A stretch of 64,000 nucleotides of DNA from an uncultured Nitrospiraceae bacterium (GCA_963705105.1 CAVPIW010000014.1:32001-96000), one strand, 5' to 3'. Shown: positions 11,401 to 20,862, counted from the stretch's first letter. The notes: generated from the sequence alone by a model not told the origin. A program made the numbers and translations.

Positions 11401-12377
11401 AAGAGGTTCTCCCGCGTCAGATGCTCGGGAGACACCGATCCCCACATAGCGTCCGGCGTCACCGCCATCTCGAACTGGAACGAAAGCGATCCGTCGGGGT
11501 TCCAGGCGAGCAATTCTCCCAGGCTGTTCGTCTGCGGCATGCCGGGCGGCGGGGGCTGGATGAAGCCCGTGAAGAAGGGCGAGTAGATGCCGTAGGTTTG
11601 GCCTGTGTAGAAAGACGGCAGGAGTAAGCCGGTCACAGGGTCCAGGAAGTCCGGCACGTCGCTGGAGCTCAGCTCCACAAGGCCACCGTACTTGCCTCCA
11701 TAGGACATGCCGTCGTGGAACTGCAGCGTGGCATCTCCATAGGGGTTGCCGGCTGTCGGACCCTGCGGGTAAGCAGAGCCTGCATGCGGCCATTCTCCGA
11801 CCGGCCCTGCCATCATGTTCCAGACAGGGTCAGTGGGGTTCAGATCGGGACGCCGCATGGTCACGGCGCCGGTAGCCCGATGGCACATCTCGCAGGAAAT
11901 GCCCTCCGTGTCCGTCGAGAGGACGATGCTCTGAATCGTGTCGCGGCCGACGGCGTCACCGCCCATCGTGGGATCGAAGCGGCCCGACAGCCAGCCATTC
12001 GGGCTGTGGCAGCGGAAGCAGATGTTGCCCGCGCCGTCCTGACCGGTAGCATTCTTGATCGTGTTGTTGACGATCACCTGGTTCGCCCGGAACACGGGAT
12101 CGCGCATGGAGCTCGCCATGTTCGTGCCGGCCCAGTTTGCGCCGTGACCGGCAGACTGGTCGATGGTGCCGCCGTGGCAGGCCATGCAGGTGACGACGAA
12201 TTCAAAGATGTTGTACGGCGCCGGGAACGTGATATTCGGCAGTTCCTGCTGCTGCGCGCCGGGATTCGGCACGGTACCGCCCGGTATGTTCCTGCCGGGA
12301 ATATCGGCGTAGACCAGGGTGACGGCCATTGCCACGAACGCCAGCAGGGTCATACTTATGAGTGTTTTCCTTTTCAT
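8490..12377 (-). CDS. Secreted pentaheme cytochrome c with five C-terminal fibronectin type III domains (1295 aa)
   Basis: Signal peptide; CMACH, CFRCH, CEMCH, CGSCH, CQDCH; five FN3 repeats (W.D...NE.GF.IER ... Y.YRV.A.N..G.S). Confidence 0.88.
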   Translation of the reverse strand: MKRKTLISMTLLAFVAMAVTLVYADIPGRNIPGGTVPNPGAQQQELPNITFPAPYNIFEFVVTCMACHGGTIDQSAGHGANWAGTNMASSMRDPVFRANQVIVNNTIKNATGQDGAGNICFRCHSPNGWLSGRFDPTMGGDAVGRDTIQSIVLSTDTEGISCEMCHRATGAVTMRRPDLNPTDPVWNMMAGPVGEWPHAGSAYPQGPTAGNPYGDATLQFHDGMSYGGKYGGLVELSSSDVPDFLDPVTGLLLPSFYTGQTYGIYSPFFTGFIQPPPPGMPQTNSLGELLAWNPDGSLSFQFEMAVTPDAMWGSVSPEHLTRENLFIKSPEFCGSCHEVTIPVLNHGMPEQRTYTEWKYSSYSAAGTRCQDCHLPTMKHEYSDAALVSLNPDPLLAGWYPNSKDRNPYGGTTFHKMVGANRDLPQMMKILYPEVDLEVVGALTGHDPMIFPGMLSDRGPMWDRAHRNTEISLRDAVSVQIVSPPTETATAGVYQVTVRVTNNAGHKVPSGYPDGRRMWISLDVKDAVGAMVYQSGFYDAASARLFNDDTLAGFNRALSNAIDSTAGQNAVMVYERKTGVCDPAVTSCTMSLNLLNDTILFDNRIPPAGFTYADYRVNGAAFWTYDPATFVPTEDVARYPDGQNWDEVTYRFSAPAGLTLSAKAEVFHQTLAREFMEHLNDSINALADQGPRPEGPPNPLDPNYPLTPTFLSDSLIATTGQDIAAMTSMSGQPLNDNWGGIAYASWLLSGKGAPYLMGADDTAVAVPPAAPVTVTVASPIDINTGLTDPNAQVISWDAVTGADGYLVWIRYGTDTSVPNPADPFDPYPLTASWDRLAIVMAPATQITNVAMNPGKTFQYKVQAFNAKGLGAESPATVAQTPVALPLPPINTRVAGVTASTVTLAWIDQADNELGFFIERQDVQPGQPLGPWVIIAYKGSQTSLGGFGGNTWTDGAVLPPCPADVVGTIPGITGCYTPNRTALLPGRTYNYRVNAYNSAGPSGPDLPVAATTLGPPNAPSGLVGTAVSATQVSLNWIDNSNNEQGFRIQRSTDGGVTFVQIGQVGVNVNTFIDGTTASATTYTYRVVSFNANGVSAPSNAVIVTTPVALQAPTALRATPSVLSDLPPTVSLTWTDNAANEGGFAIERAVGAGGFVEIARVGAGVTSFVDTTVAPKTTYNYRVRAFLGTSFSAYSNTATATTPGEIPEAPSNLRVTRTANNRIDLAWSDNSPNETNFLLQRATNEAFTTGLTSFTIGANATTFSDRTVARRTTYFYRIRAANADGNSAFSNTVSATTR

Positions 12378-12997
12378 TTCTTCACCCCCTTGATCTTCGC
12401 CACATCAGGCCAGACAGCCGCACTCACCTCGATGTCGCCTTCGAACCGCTCATTGCCCGTGAACCGGCCCTTTCCTACTGTCCACACGCCCGCGGCCGGT
12501 GACGACGGCATATCTATCGACGCCGTAATATCACCTGCGGAGGCGGCAGGATTAAACAGCAGCTCGGCGCTGATTGACCCGTCGACAACGGCGGGACTGT
12601 GGCGCGCATCCTTTTCCTTCTTTGTGGCGCTATCGTCGGTGATGCGCCACTTGCCCTGCACATACCACATGCCCGCCTTCTGCCCGGGCATGTCGGAGGC
12701 CGGCGAAAAGGCGGTCAGGGTGGCCCTGAAGGTCCCTTTCCTGACCGGCGTCGACGGGGTTATCGATGTCGCCGTCGCCTCGACCGTGTAGTCCCGGGTG
12801 ATGACCCCCGGTTTGACGGTCTTCGTCTGCCCTTGGTTAATAACCTTTGCCCCGCTCAACTGCCAGCCGAAGGTCGTCTCGACTATGCCGGGGGCCTTCT
12901 TGTCCGGCGCCGCCGCGATGCCCCCGCCCGTAAATACGGCGAGGCACAGGACGGACACACAGGCTGCGAGAGTGCTGATGATCCATCTCTTTCGCAT
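12374..12997 (-). CDS. Secreted hypothetical protein (207 aa), first gene of the cluster
   Basis: RBS AAGGAGGAG, signal peptide, 4-bp overlap with the cytochrome start. Confidence 0.75.
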   Translation of the reverse strand: MRKRWIISTLAACVSVLCLAVFTGGGIAAAPDKKAPGIVETTFGWQLSGAKVINQGQTKTVKPGVITRDYTVEATATSITPSTPVRKGTFRATLTAFSPASDMPGQKAGMWYVQGKWRITDDSATKKEKDARHSPAVVDGSISAELLFNPAASAGDITASIDMPSSPAAGVWTVGKGRFTGNERFEGDIEVSAAVWPDVAKIKGVKK

Positions 12998-13312
12998 TGC
13001 TCTCCTCCTTATTGTTGCTCGCGCCCTCCTGGGCGCCGTTCATACACGTGCACGGGTGCACACACCCCGTTGCACGGAAACAAAATTTCCCTTTATCTGT
13101 CTCGTCTTTTCCATGGCCTGAGACCGGGAGCACGGCCGTCTCATTTTTCCCGGCATGCTCGCTTGCTTTATTTATAGCATCGCGCCCGCTGCGGCAATAT
13201 CGGCGCTTGAACGAATCTCCCGTCCGTTTTTTTATGAATTTCGTGTCGTAGATTCCGGATCTGTCGTGTCGTTCTCAGGACGACAAAGGATCCGGAGAGC
13301 AATGCTGTCTTC

Positions 13313-13697
13313 GGGAAGGCAGATATGGTTCAAAGCCTTTCCAATGCGATGATGAGGACCATTTTGGCAGATGCACGGAAGGGCGGGGCAAAACGCCTCA
13401 AAGCCTCGCTGATAGCGAGCATGATTGTTTATTATTGGGTTTTAAAGATTTCATCCTTTGTATCATCGACAGTTGTGCTTCCATGCTCTGCACGGGACGG
13501 CAGCGGTTTCGCAGCACCGATGCTTTTCGGCGCATTTACCCCTCCCTTCCGTGGTTGTATGTTGCGATGCGAATGTCCCAAGATGTTACAGCGCTTGTTG
13601 CCTGACGGGCATGTGTCATCGATAAACTAAGCAAAGGGTGCTCTGAGGACGAACTGGGTATGTTAGAGGAAAGGCTTTTCACCACATCAGCCTTCCC
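13313..13697. mobile_element. Family B MITE-like element interrupted by a family A element (~13360-13575)
   Basis: Ends gggaaggcagatatggttcaaagcctttcc ... ggaaaggcttttcaccacatcagccttccc. The flanking halves match the reverse complement of 18610-18777. Confidence 0.75.
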
Positions 13698-13932
13698 GCA
13701 CGGATGTTCTTGACCTGGTTCCGACTACTGTCTATTGTCTGCTGGCTACTGTCTTCTTCGGCCCGCCTTTCCGGCGAGCTGATGCAACGGAGGAGACCAC
13801 TTGCAGGGGAGATGAATGAAATGTTACATTGCCTGAGAAAATTGTCAGAGTGAGTGTCAGTGAAAGGGGGATTCCTGCCCCTTCGGAAATTACCAGGGTG
13901 CTTGATGATAAGGTGGCATGATTTGTTTCTGT

Positions 13933-14145
13933 ACCTTTCTGTTGCATGAAAAGGCGGCGCGAAGCGCCTCAAAGCCTTGCTGAAGGCGACGATGAGCCTC
14001 GTCAGGTTCGTCATTCAGGATTCCACTCTTTGTGTCATCGACCATTGGCGTATAGCTCGTCTTTCGTTATGATACAGGAGTCGCCGCAGCAAGGTTTTCG
14101 GCGCATACACCCCGCCTTTCCAGAAGGCGTATGCAACAATAAGGT
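13933..14145. mobile_element. Family A ~210-bp MITE-like palindromic element, full copy
   Basis: Long imperfect terminal IRs; homologous (inverted) to 20863-21076 and 56730-56943. Confidence 0.8.
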
Positions 14146-14151
14146 GTATTT

Positions 14152-14210
14152 GTCATCCCGGCTCGTCCGGGATCCTTCTTAAGAATGATTCCCGACAAGC
14201 GGGAATGACG
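14152..14210. repeat. Family C GTCAT(T/C)CCG...CGGGA(A)TGAC REP-like doublet
   Basis: Reverse complement of 49180-49240; related copies at 23841-23888 and 46205-46310. Confidence 0.75.
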
Positions 14211-14282
14211 TGGATGTCGTTTGCTTACGTACTCGTCGGTAACCCGGGGAACCGTTGACTGCCTTTACGGAAGGAGCATGTC

Positions 14283-16544
14283 ATGAAGCATGATGTCCCT
14301 CTCATTCGTCGTCTTTCCAGGCCCGTTCGATTCGTCTTCCTTTTATGTAGCATTTTCGTCCTCACTCTTTCCTTCCTAAGTCCCTCTTCCTCCGCAGAAG
14401 ACGAATCCGGTCCCAAGGCGAGGCCGAAGGTCGGTCTCGTCCTCGGTGGCGGCGGTGCGAAGGGGGCGGCGCACATCGGCGTCATCAAGGTGCTCGAAGA
14501 GCTGCGCATACCCGTGGACTATGTGGCAGGCACCAGTATGGGCGCGATCGTGGGCGCCCTCTACGCGTCGGGCCTGTCTGCGGCGGAGCTGGAGAAGACG
14601 CTCACATCCATCGATTGGGATGACATGTTTACCGACAGCCCGCCCCGGAAGGAAATCGAGTTCAGGAAAAAGCGGGAGGATATCCAGATCCTCTCGAGGC
14701 TCGAGATCGGCTATGGAGACGGCAAGTTTCAGGTGCAGAAAAGTTTGATACAGGGCCAGAAGGTCAACGTGCTCTTCGAAACGATGATGATGCACGTCGT
14801 CGATGTGACGGACTTCGACAGGCTGCCCATACCGTATCGGGCTGTGTCAGCAGACCTCGAGACGGGCGAGATGGTCGTGATAGACGGCGGCAGCCTTGCC
14901 GACGCGGCGAGGGCGAGTATGTCCGTGCCGGGCGTTTTTCCGCCTGTGGACATCAAAGGCCGCTATCTCATCGACGGAGGCATCGTCAGGAACCTGCCCG
15001 TCGACATCGTCAGAGGCATGGGCGCCGAGGTGATCATCGCCATTGATGTGGGCAAGCCCTTCCTGAAACGAGATGAGCTCGGCTCACCCTTCTCCATCCT
15101 GGGTCAGATGCTCGACATCATGATGAAGCAGAACGTCACCGCACAGATAAACAGCCTCGGCCCGGCCGATGTCTTCATCCGGCCCGAACTGGGCGACATC
15201 GAGTCCGGGGACTTCCAGCGTGGAGCGGAGGCGGCCCGGTTTGGAGAGGCGGCGGCCCGCAGGAAGCTGGACGATCTGAAGAAGTATGCCGTCTCACCCG
15301 CCGAATACGAGGCCTTCCTGTCCCGCCACCACCGCGACACCGTCGCGTCCGTCAAGGTGGCCGACCTCAAGGTGGAGGGGACACAAAAGGTATCGAAGGA
15401 GTATGTGGAGAACAAGGTCGGCATCAAGGCCGGCGCCGTCGTCACCGTGGAGAGGCTGAGGCAAGAGCCGAGTATGCTGTACGGAACGGGTGATTTCGAG
15501 CGCGTCGACCTGAAGCTCGGCAGGGCTGAGGACGGCTATGACGTCACATTAGAAATGACGGAAAAGCCCTGGAAGAACATCCTCCGCGTGGGATTCGGGC
15601 TCACCTATGATTTCGGGGGCGACAACGATTTCTCCATTCTCTTCGATTATACGATGAGATCGATCAACTCTCTCGGCGCAGAGTGGAAGAACCAGGTCCA
15701 GATCGGCAGGCCCGCCCGGCTCTATACGGAGTTCTATCAGCCCCTCGATCTCGGCCGTTTTTTCTTTGTGTCCCCCCGCGCGGAGTGGCGTGAAGACTAT
15801 TTCAACGTCTTCGACGGAGACGAGCGTGTCGCCCAGTACCGGGTGAGGCGATACGACGTGGGACTCGTTGCGGGGATACAGCCATGGAACTACGGGCAAA
15901 TCTCTGCGGGTATCCTCTTCGGTGGCGCCGATGCGGAGGCGCGCATCGGAAATCCCGGGTTTTCGGACAACTATGCCCGGCGCGGCGCCCTGACTGCGTC
16001 GCTGATCGCTGACCAGTTCGACAATGTCAATTTCCCGCGCAGCGGCTATTTCGCCGCCGTCAATGCCTATTCTTCCCTTGACGCTCTCGGCGCAGACGAC
16101 ATCTACAACAAAATCTGGGGACAGTTTTCGTACGCCTATACGAGAGATAAAAACACCCTTCTCGCGAGAATCCGGGCGGGGTCGTACCTCGGCAACGATC
16201 TGCCGCCCTACGACCAGTTCACGCTCGGAGGTTTCGGAAACCTATCGGGTTTCAGCCAGAACCAGCTGACGGGACAGCAGGTAGGCCTCGCTAACCTGTC
16301 TATATACCGTCAGATCGGAAAGTCCCTTCTCGGAGCGCTGTATGTGGGCGGCTCCGTCGAAGCGGGCAACGTGTGGTCGGCAGGACAAACCGTCAACCTG
16401 AACAACCTTATATATGCGGGGAACCTCTTCCTGGGATTCGACACCCTCTTTGGCCCCCTCTACCTCGCATACGGCCACGCAGAGGGGGGGAACGACGCAG
16501 TCTACCTCTTCCTCGGCAATCTCTTCCGGTCCGTTGACAGATAG
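14283..16544 (+). CDS. Patatin-like phospholipase fused to POTRA/Omp85 barrel (PlpD-like, type Vd)
   Basis: Signal peptide; GGGGAKG, GTSMG, DGG; C-terminal barrel ending GPLYLAYG...VYLFLG. Confidence 0.88.
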   Translation: MKHDVPLIRRLSRPVRFVFLLCSIFVLTLSFLSPSSSAEDESGPKARPKVGLVLGGGGAKGAAHIGVIKVLEELRIPVDYVAGTSMGAIVGALYASGLSAAELEKTLTSIDWDDMFTDSPPRKEIEFRKKREDIQILSRLEIGYGDGKFQVQKSLIQGQKVNVLFETMMMHVVDVTDFDRLPIPYRAVSADLETGEMVVIDGGSLADAARASMSVPGVFPPVDIKGRYLIDGGIVRNLPVDIVRGMGAEVIIAIDVGKPFLKRDELGSPFSILGQMLDIMMKQNVTAQINSLGPADVFIRPELGDIESGDFQRGAEAARFGEAAARRKLDDLKKYAVSPAEYEAFLSRHHRDTVASVKVADLKVEGTQKVSKEYVENKVGIKAGAVVTVERLRQEPSMLYGTGDFERVDLKLGRAEDGYDVTLEMTEKPWKNILRVGFGLTYDFGGDNDFSILFDYTMRSINSLGAEWKNQVQIGRPARLYTEFYQPLDLGRFFFVSPRAEWREDYFNVFDGDERVAQYRVRRYDVGLVAGIQPWNYGQISAGILFGGADAEARIGNPGFSDNYARRGALTASLIADQFDNVNFPRSGYFAAVNAYSSLDALGADDIYNKIWGQFSYAYTRDKNTLLARIRAGSYLGNDLPPYDQFTLGGFGNLSGFSQNQLTGQQVGLANLSIYRQIGKSLLGALYVGGSVEAGNVWSAGQTVNLNNLIYAGNLFLGFDTLFGPLYLAYGHAEGGNDAVYLFLGNLFRSVDR

Positions 16545-16651
16545 ACCTTGTCGTTGCATAGAAAGGCGGGGCGAAGCGCTCTGAAAAACAGTGTCCGTGT
16601 CAGTGTGAGTGACAGTGTCGGTGTCACTACTGCTTCCTCCGGGAAGGCAGA
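16545..16651. repeat. Family A variant arm (CAGTGT hexamer tract) joined to a family B end
   Basis: Reverse complement of 21190-21298. Confidence 0.75.
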
Positions 16652-16666
16652 CACAGGAGGGAGCGA

Positions 16667-17485
16667 ATGATACAACAGGGTGACAAAACTGCGTACCGCA
16701 TCTTCGACCGGGAGGGGAACGTGACCGGTTATGGCAGGATGCTCGACGGTATCGCTGCGACGGATGTCGTTCTTTTCGGAGAAACCCACAACGACCCGAT
16801 CGTCCACTGGCTCCAGTTCGAGGTGATGAAGGACCTCTTTTCCCTTCAAAAGAAGCCTCTCATCCTCGGCGCCGAGATGTTCGAAGCGGACGACCAGATC
16901 GTTCTCGACGAATATCTTGCCGGGCTCATTCCCCATGACCACCTCGTGAAGGAGGCGAAAATATGGCCGAACTATGACACGGATTACAGGCCCCTCGTGC
17001 AGTTTGCGCAGAAAAACGGCATCCGCTTCATCGCGACGAACATCCCCAGAAGATATGCAAGCCTCGCGGCACGGGAGGGGCTGACGGCCCTGGAGGACCT
17101 CTCCGCCGAGGCCCGCCGCTGGATCCCTCCTTTGCCCATCCGCCTGGACCTCACAACGCCTGCCTATAAAGACCTCCTCGATCTGAGCGTGGCCCACGGC
17201 TTCGAAGCGGAACGATTCCTCTCGGCACAGGCGGTGAAGGACGCGGCCATGGCCTTCTTCATCCTGAGGAATTTCGTCCCCGGGAGCATCTTCCTGCACT
17301 TCAACGGCGAGTATCACTCCCGGAAATACGGCGGCATCTACTGGTACCTGCGGCAGGAGGCGCCCCACCTCACAACGGCCACGATCATCTCCGTCGAGGA
17401 AGAATCCCTCGAGTTCCGGGGAGATCACCTCGGCCTGGGAGATTACCTGCTCATGGTGCCGCGGTCCATGACGAAAACGGGCTGA
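16667..17485 (+). CDS. ChaN-family (heme-binding, Tiki/TraB superfamily) protein
   Basis: DVVLFGETHNDP..H, LGAEMFEADDQ, WPNYDTDYRPL, ATNIPR, AQAVKDAAMA, HFNGEYHS. Confidence 0.82.
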   Translation: MIQQGDKTAYRIFDREGNVTGYGRMLDGIAATDVVLFGETHNDPIVHWLQFEVMKDLFSLQKKPLILGAEMFEADDQIVLDEYLAGLIPHDHLVKEAKIWPNYDTDYRPLVQFAQKNGIRFIATNIPRRYASLAAREGLTALEDLSAEARRWIPPLPIRLDLTTPAYKDLLDLSVAHGFEAERFLSAQAVKDAAMAFFILRNFVPGSIFLHFNGEYHSRKYGGIYWYLRQEAPHLTTATIISVEEESLEFRGDHLGLGDYLLMVPRSMTKTG

Positions 17486-17584
17486 CGGGAGAAGACGCGC
17501 TCACCTTTCTGTTCCATGAAAGGGCAGGCTGGAGCGCCTCACGGCCTTGCCAAAGGCGCTCCAGCTATGAGGGACGGTCTGTTA

Positions 17585-18352
17585 TTACGGAAGCGTTCTC
17601 GCCGTGTAGACGGCCGTTATCCTGCCTCCGCACGTAATTCCGGACTGACCGGTAATGTTCTTGAAATTGAGATAGATGTTGGTGTTGGTCCCCGTGCTCG
17701 CCGTAAACGACTGGGCCACAGCGAAGGACACCTGCGCCATGTTGGAACCGTTCGGAAAGAAATAAAAACCGGGATTGTTCGCCGGCCAGTCTTGAGTGGC
17801 CGTCGATGCAAGGTGAATGGTAAACTGTGTGGTGCTGCCGCTTACCGGTATGTTGCAGTAGCCCGTTGCCATGGCATGGACGTCCCCGGCTGCGCGCACC
17901 GTGTAGGTGAGCGAATGCATGTTCGTGATAACGCCCGCGCCGTTCGATACGCCTACAAGGCCGAAAGACACCTCTTTAAAGGCCGGGAATGTCCCGCCGC
18001 CGGCCGAACCGACGGGAGATATGGGACCGGGCGTGACATTGGTCATGATCTGCTCCCAGGCGGAGAAAGGCGTGCCGTCGGGATTGAAGATCCTCCTCCA
18101 GACACTGATGCCGTTGTTCCCGGCGCCCATCAGGACATACTTCTGCATGGCTTCATCCCAGATGACGCTGGGCTGGCTGCTGAAGCCACCGGTGATGGCG
18201 TTGCAGGCGCTGCAGGTGCTGGCCTGGCAGGTCATGACACAGAGACTGTTGTCGGCCCTGCGGATGACATGCAGTTGCGTGACCGCCACGGCCGACGCGG
18301 CAAAGAAGAGAACGAGAACCACTGCACAGAAAACGACGGAGATCCTTTTCAT
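17585..18352 (-). CDS. Secreted hypothetical protein
   Basis: RBS, clear signal peptide, beta-rich composition. Confidence 0.7.
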   Translation of the reverse strand: MKRISVVFCAVVLVLFFAASAVAVTQLHVIRRADNSLCVMTCQASTCSACNAITGGFSSQPSVIWDEAMQKYVLMGAGNNGISVWRRIFNPDGTPFSAWEQIMTNVTPGPISPVGSAGGGTFPAFKEVSFGLVGVSNGAGVITNMHSLTYTVRAAGDVHAMATGYCNIPVSGSTTQFTIHLASTATQDWPANNPGFYFFPNGSNMAQVSFAVAQSFTASTGTNTNIYLNFKNITGQSGITCGGRITAVYTARTLP

Positions 18353-18609
18353 TTCTCTACCCCCTTCATTTCAGGTACTCATGAACATCTACCCCAGAGG
18401 ACAATGCAGAAACCTGCCTCTTCCTTCCCCAGGATGTCCTCCCGACCCCTTAAGGCCGTCTGGCCGTGACGGCCATGACCCCAGCCCTCTTCTTTTCTGC
18501 TTACCACAATCATAACCCCAACAGGGGGGAGTGTCAAATGAAAATTTGTCTTTTCCGGAAGGGCGGGCCGAAGAGCCTCAAAGACTCGCTGACAGCGATT
18601 CTGCCGGGC

Positions 18610-18777
18610 GGGAAGGCTGATGTGGTGAAGAGCCTTTCCGCTAAGATACCTTGTTCATCCCCAGACCACCCTTTGCCCTGTCTATCGATATCAAAAGACC
18701 GTCAGGCAACAGGCGCTGAACACCTGGAGATGTCTCATCATCGCATTGGAAAGGGTTTGTACCATATCTGCCTTCCC
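18610..18777. mobile_element. Family B 168-bp MITE-like element with ~30-bp terminal IRs, preceded by a family A arm (18556-18600)
   Basis: gggaaggctgatgtggtgaagagcctttcc ... ggaaagggtttgtaccatatctgccttccc. The IR extends through tctgccgggc/gcccggcaga. Confidence 0.78.
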
Positions 18778-18952
18778 GCCCGGCAGACTGAGGCCTGCGG
18801 GACGACGACATCGGCTGACAGCGTAGCGTGCCTTATGCTCCGGCCGGTGAAGACGACCGGGTGATCAGAGAGATCAGCGTTTCCCTGTCCCGAAGGGCTA
18901 TTTTCTCGACACCGTCCGTGTCGCAGCAGTCTCAGGAAAGGGACCGCAAAAG

Positions 18953-19090
18953 TGTTACTTCTTGTAACAGGCCCCGACGGTAAATTACTTTTCGTTACAT
19001 TCATTGCCGCCCGCTGTATCGCTGCAAACCGGCGATAATCCTTTTTTTGACCTGCATTGAACGACTTGTCTTTCTGGCATTCTATTTGCT
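18953..19090 (+). promoter_or_regulatory. Sigma54 -24/-12 promoter with upstream palindromic activator sites
   Basis: TGGCATTCTATTTGCT at 19075-19090 (GG-N10-GC); TGTTACTTCTTGTAACA at 18953-18969 and a similar site near 18984-18999. Confidence 0.7.
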
Positions 19091-19458
19091 CGCTGATACA
19101 TAACATCGGTCGGCACTATTGTCTGCAGAGAAAGACCGAAAGAACGAATAGAAGGGAGGAGGTGGTACCAGAATGAGTCGACAGGATGGCGGGAGACCGT
19201 CCATCCTTTTGATCATCGGGAATCAGGCACCGCTTCAGGAGCGGCATATGCCGGTGTGCTTTCAGGGGTTACGTTACTGTGTTCATGTATTTAAGAATCC
19301 GGGTTCGATCTTGCATTCCGGAGCACGCGCACATCCTTCCATATGAGAAAACAGGAATTCGATCTGAGAAACGCTGCACGGTCGCCCGATGCCGTCACGG
19401 GCGGGCGACGCGTGAACGAAACGACTTGAAAGAACGGTAATCGTCAAAGGAGGGAATT

Positions 19459-20763
19459 ATGTCTGAACCGTTACAGCAAGTGCCAACCAAGGCGTGGATA
19501 GTAACCTTCGCCGGAACCGCCGTTAATCTTTGTCTTGGAATTCTGTACGCATGGAGCGTCTGGGCCAAGGCCCTCATCAACGAGAAAATGGTCGGCCAGC
19601 CCATGACCGGTATGAATGAAGGCTGGGTCTACCTCAACAACGCACAGGCCGCCACCCCCTTCTCACTCTGCGTCATCATCTTCGCGATCGTCATGATCGC
19701 AGGCGGCCGTATTCAGGACAAGTACGGCCCGAAAGTGGGCGCGACGCTCGGAGGCCTCTTCCTCGCCGGGGGCTGTATCATCGCCGGCATGATGAAGAGC
19801 TATGAGGGATTGCTCATCGGCTTCGGTGTCCTCGGCGGTATAGGTATGGGCATCGGCTATGCGGCCCCGACGCCTGCCGCGTTGAAGTGGTTCGGCCCCC
19901 ACAAACGTGGTCTCATCGCCGGTCTCGTCGTCGGCGGGTACGGAGGCGCGGCGCTGTACATCTCTCCCCTCGCCCAGTATCTGCTGAATAACTACGGTAT
20001 TTCGGGAAGCTTCAACATCCTGGGGATCTTCTTCGCCGTCGTCGTCCTGATCGCCGGTCAGCTCCTCGCCTGGCCTCCCGCCGGGTATGTGCCTCCGCCT
20101 CCTCCTGTGAAGCCCGGCTCAGCCGCCGCCGCCAAGAAGGCGATGACGGCCCATGACTGGTCGCCCGGTGAGATGCTGACGACCTGGCAGTACTACGCCC
20201 TCGTCATCCTCTTTATCGGTTCCACACAGTCGGGTCTCATGATCATCGCCAACGCCGCCAAGATCCTTGCCGAGGCCGCCAAGGCCGATCCGTTCCTCGC
20301 TGCCAACGCCTGGATCCTCGCCTCCTTCGGCGGTCTCATCAATGCCCTGGGAAGGGTCGGCACGGGTATGTATTCGGACAAGATAGGCCGCGCGAACGCA
20401 TACACCGTCAACTGCCTCGTTTCGGCGGCCTGCCTCTTCGCCATGCCGTACATCGTCACGACAAAGAGCATCTTCCTGCTCTTCCTGGCTATCGGTATCG
20501 CCTACTGGCAGTACGGCGGCGGACTCTCTCTCCTGCCGGCCTTTACGGCGGACTTTTACGGCGCCAAAAACATGGGCTTCAACTACGGTCTCGTGTTCCT
20601 CGGGTGGGGATTCGGTTTCTTTATGGCGAGACTGGCAGGAACCATCAAGGACATGACGGGCAGCCTCGACTATGCCTACTATATTTCAGCGGGTGTTCTC
20701 GTCTTTGCGGTCGTCGTCTGCCGTATCACGAAGCGGCCTCTCTGGTCGACACGAACAGCGTAG
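19459..20763 (+). CDS. MFS transporter, oxalate/formate antiporter (OFA) family
   Basis: LCLGILYAWSV, GGRIQDKYGPK, KWFGPHKRGL, FYGAKNMGFNYG; multiple hydrophobic segments. Confidence 0.9.
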   Translation: MSEPLQQVPTKAWIVTFAGTAVNLCLGILYAWSVWAKALINEKMVGQPMTGMNEGWVYLNNAQAATPFSLCVIIFAIVMIAGGRIQDKYGPKVGATLGGLFLAGGCIIAGMMKSYEGLLIGFGVLGGIGMGIGYAAPTPAALKWFGPHKRGLIAGLVVGGYGGAALYISPLAQYLLNNYGISGSFNILGIFFAVVVLIAGQLLAWPPAGYVPPPPPVKPGSAAAAKKAMTAHDWSPGEMLTTWQYYALVILFIGSTQSGLMIIANAAKILAEAAKADPFLAANAWILASFGGLINALGRVGTGMYSDKIGRANAYTVNCLVSAACLFAMPYIVTTKSIFLLFLAIGIAYWQYGGGLSLLPAFTADFYGAKNMGFNYGLVFLGWGFGFFMARLAGTIKDMTGSLDYAYYISAGVLVFAVVVCRITKRPLWSTRTA

Positions 20764-20804
20764 CCTTACTAACTTTCGGCACCTAACCACCTCTTTTTCC
20801 GTAA

Positions 20805-20840
20805 CCGGGGAGACGGCAAATCTCCCCGGTTTCTTTTTTA
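20805..20840 (+). terminator. Rho-independent terminator
   Basis: ccggggaga-cggcaaa-tctccccgg followed by a T tract. Confidence 0.75.
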
Positions 20841-20862
20841 TGCGCCACTCCGGCAAGGCTCT

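Noticed and set aside
13679..14182. Recurrent small ORFs such as 'IVAFSKALRRFAPPFH' and 'MVDHTKSGILKDKP'
   Set aside because: Translations of the family A repeat, with variable frames and no RBS.
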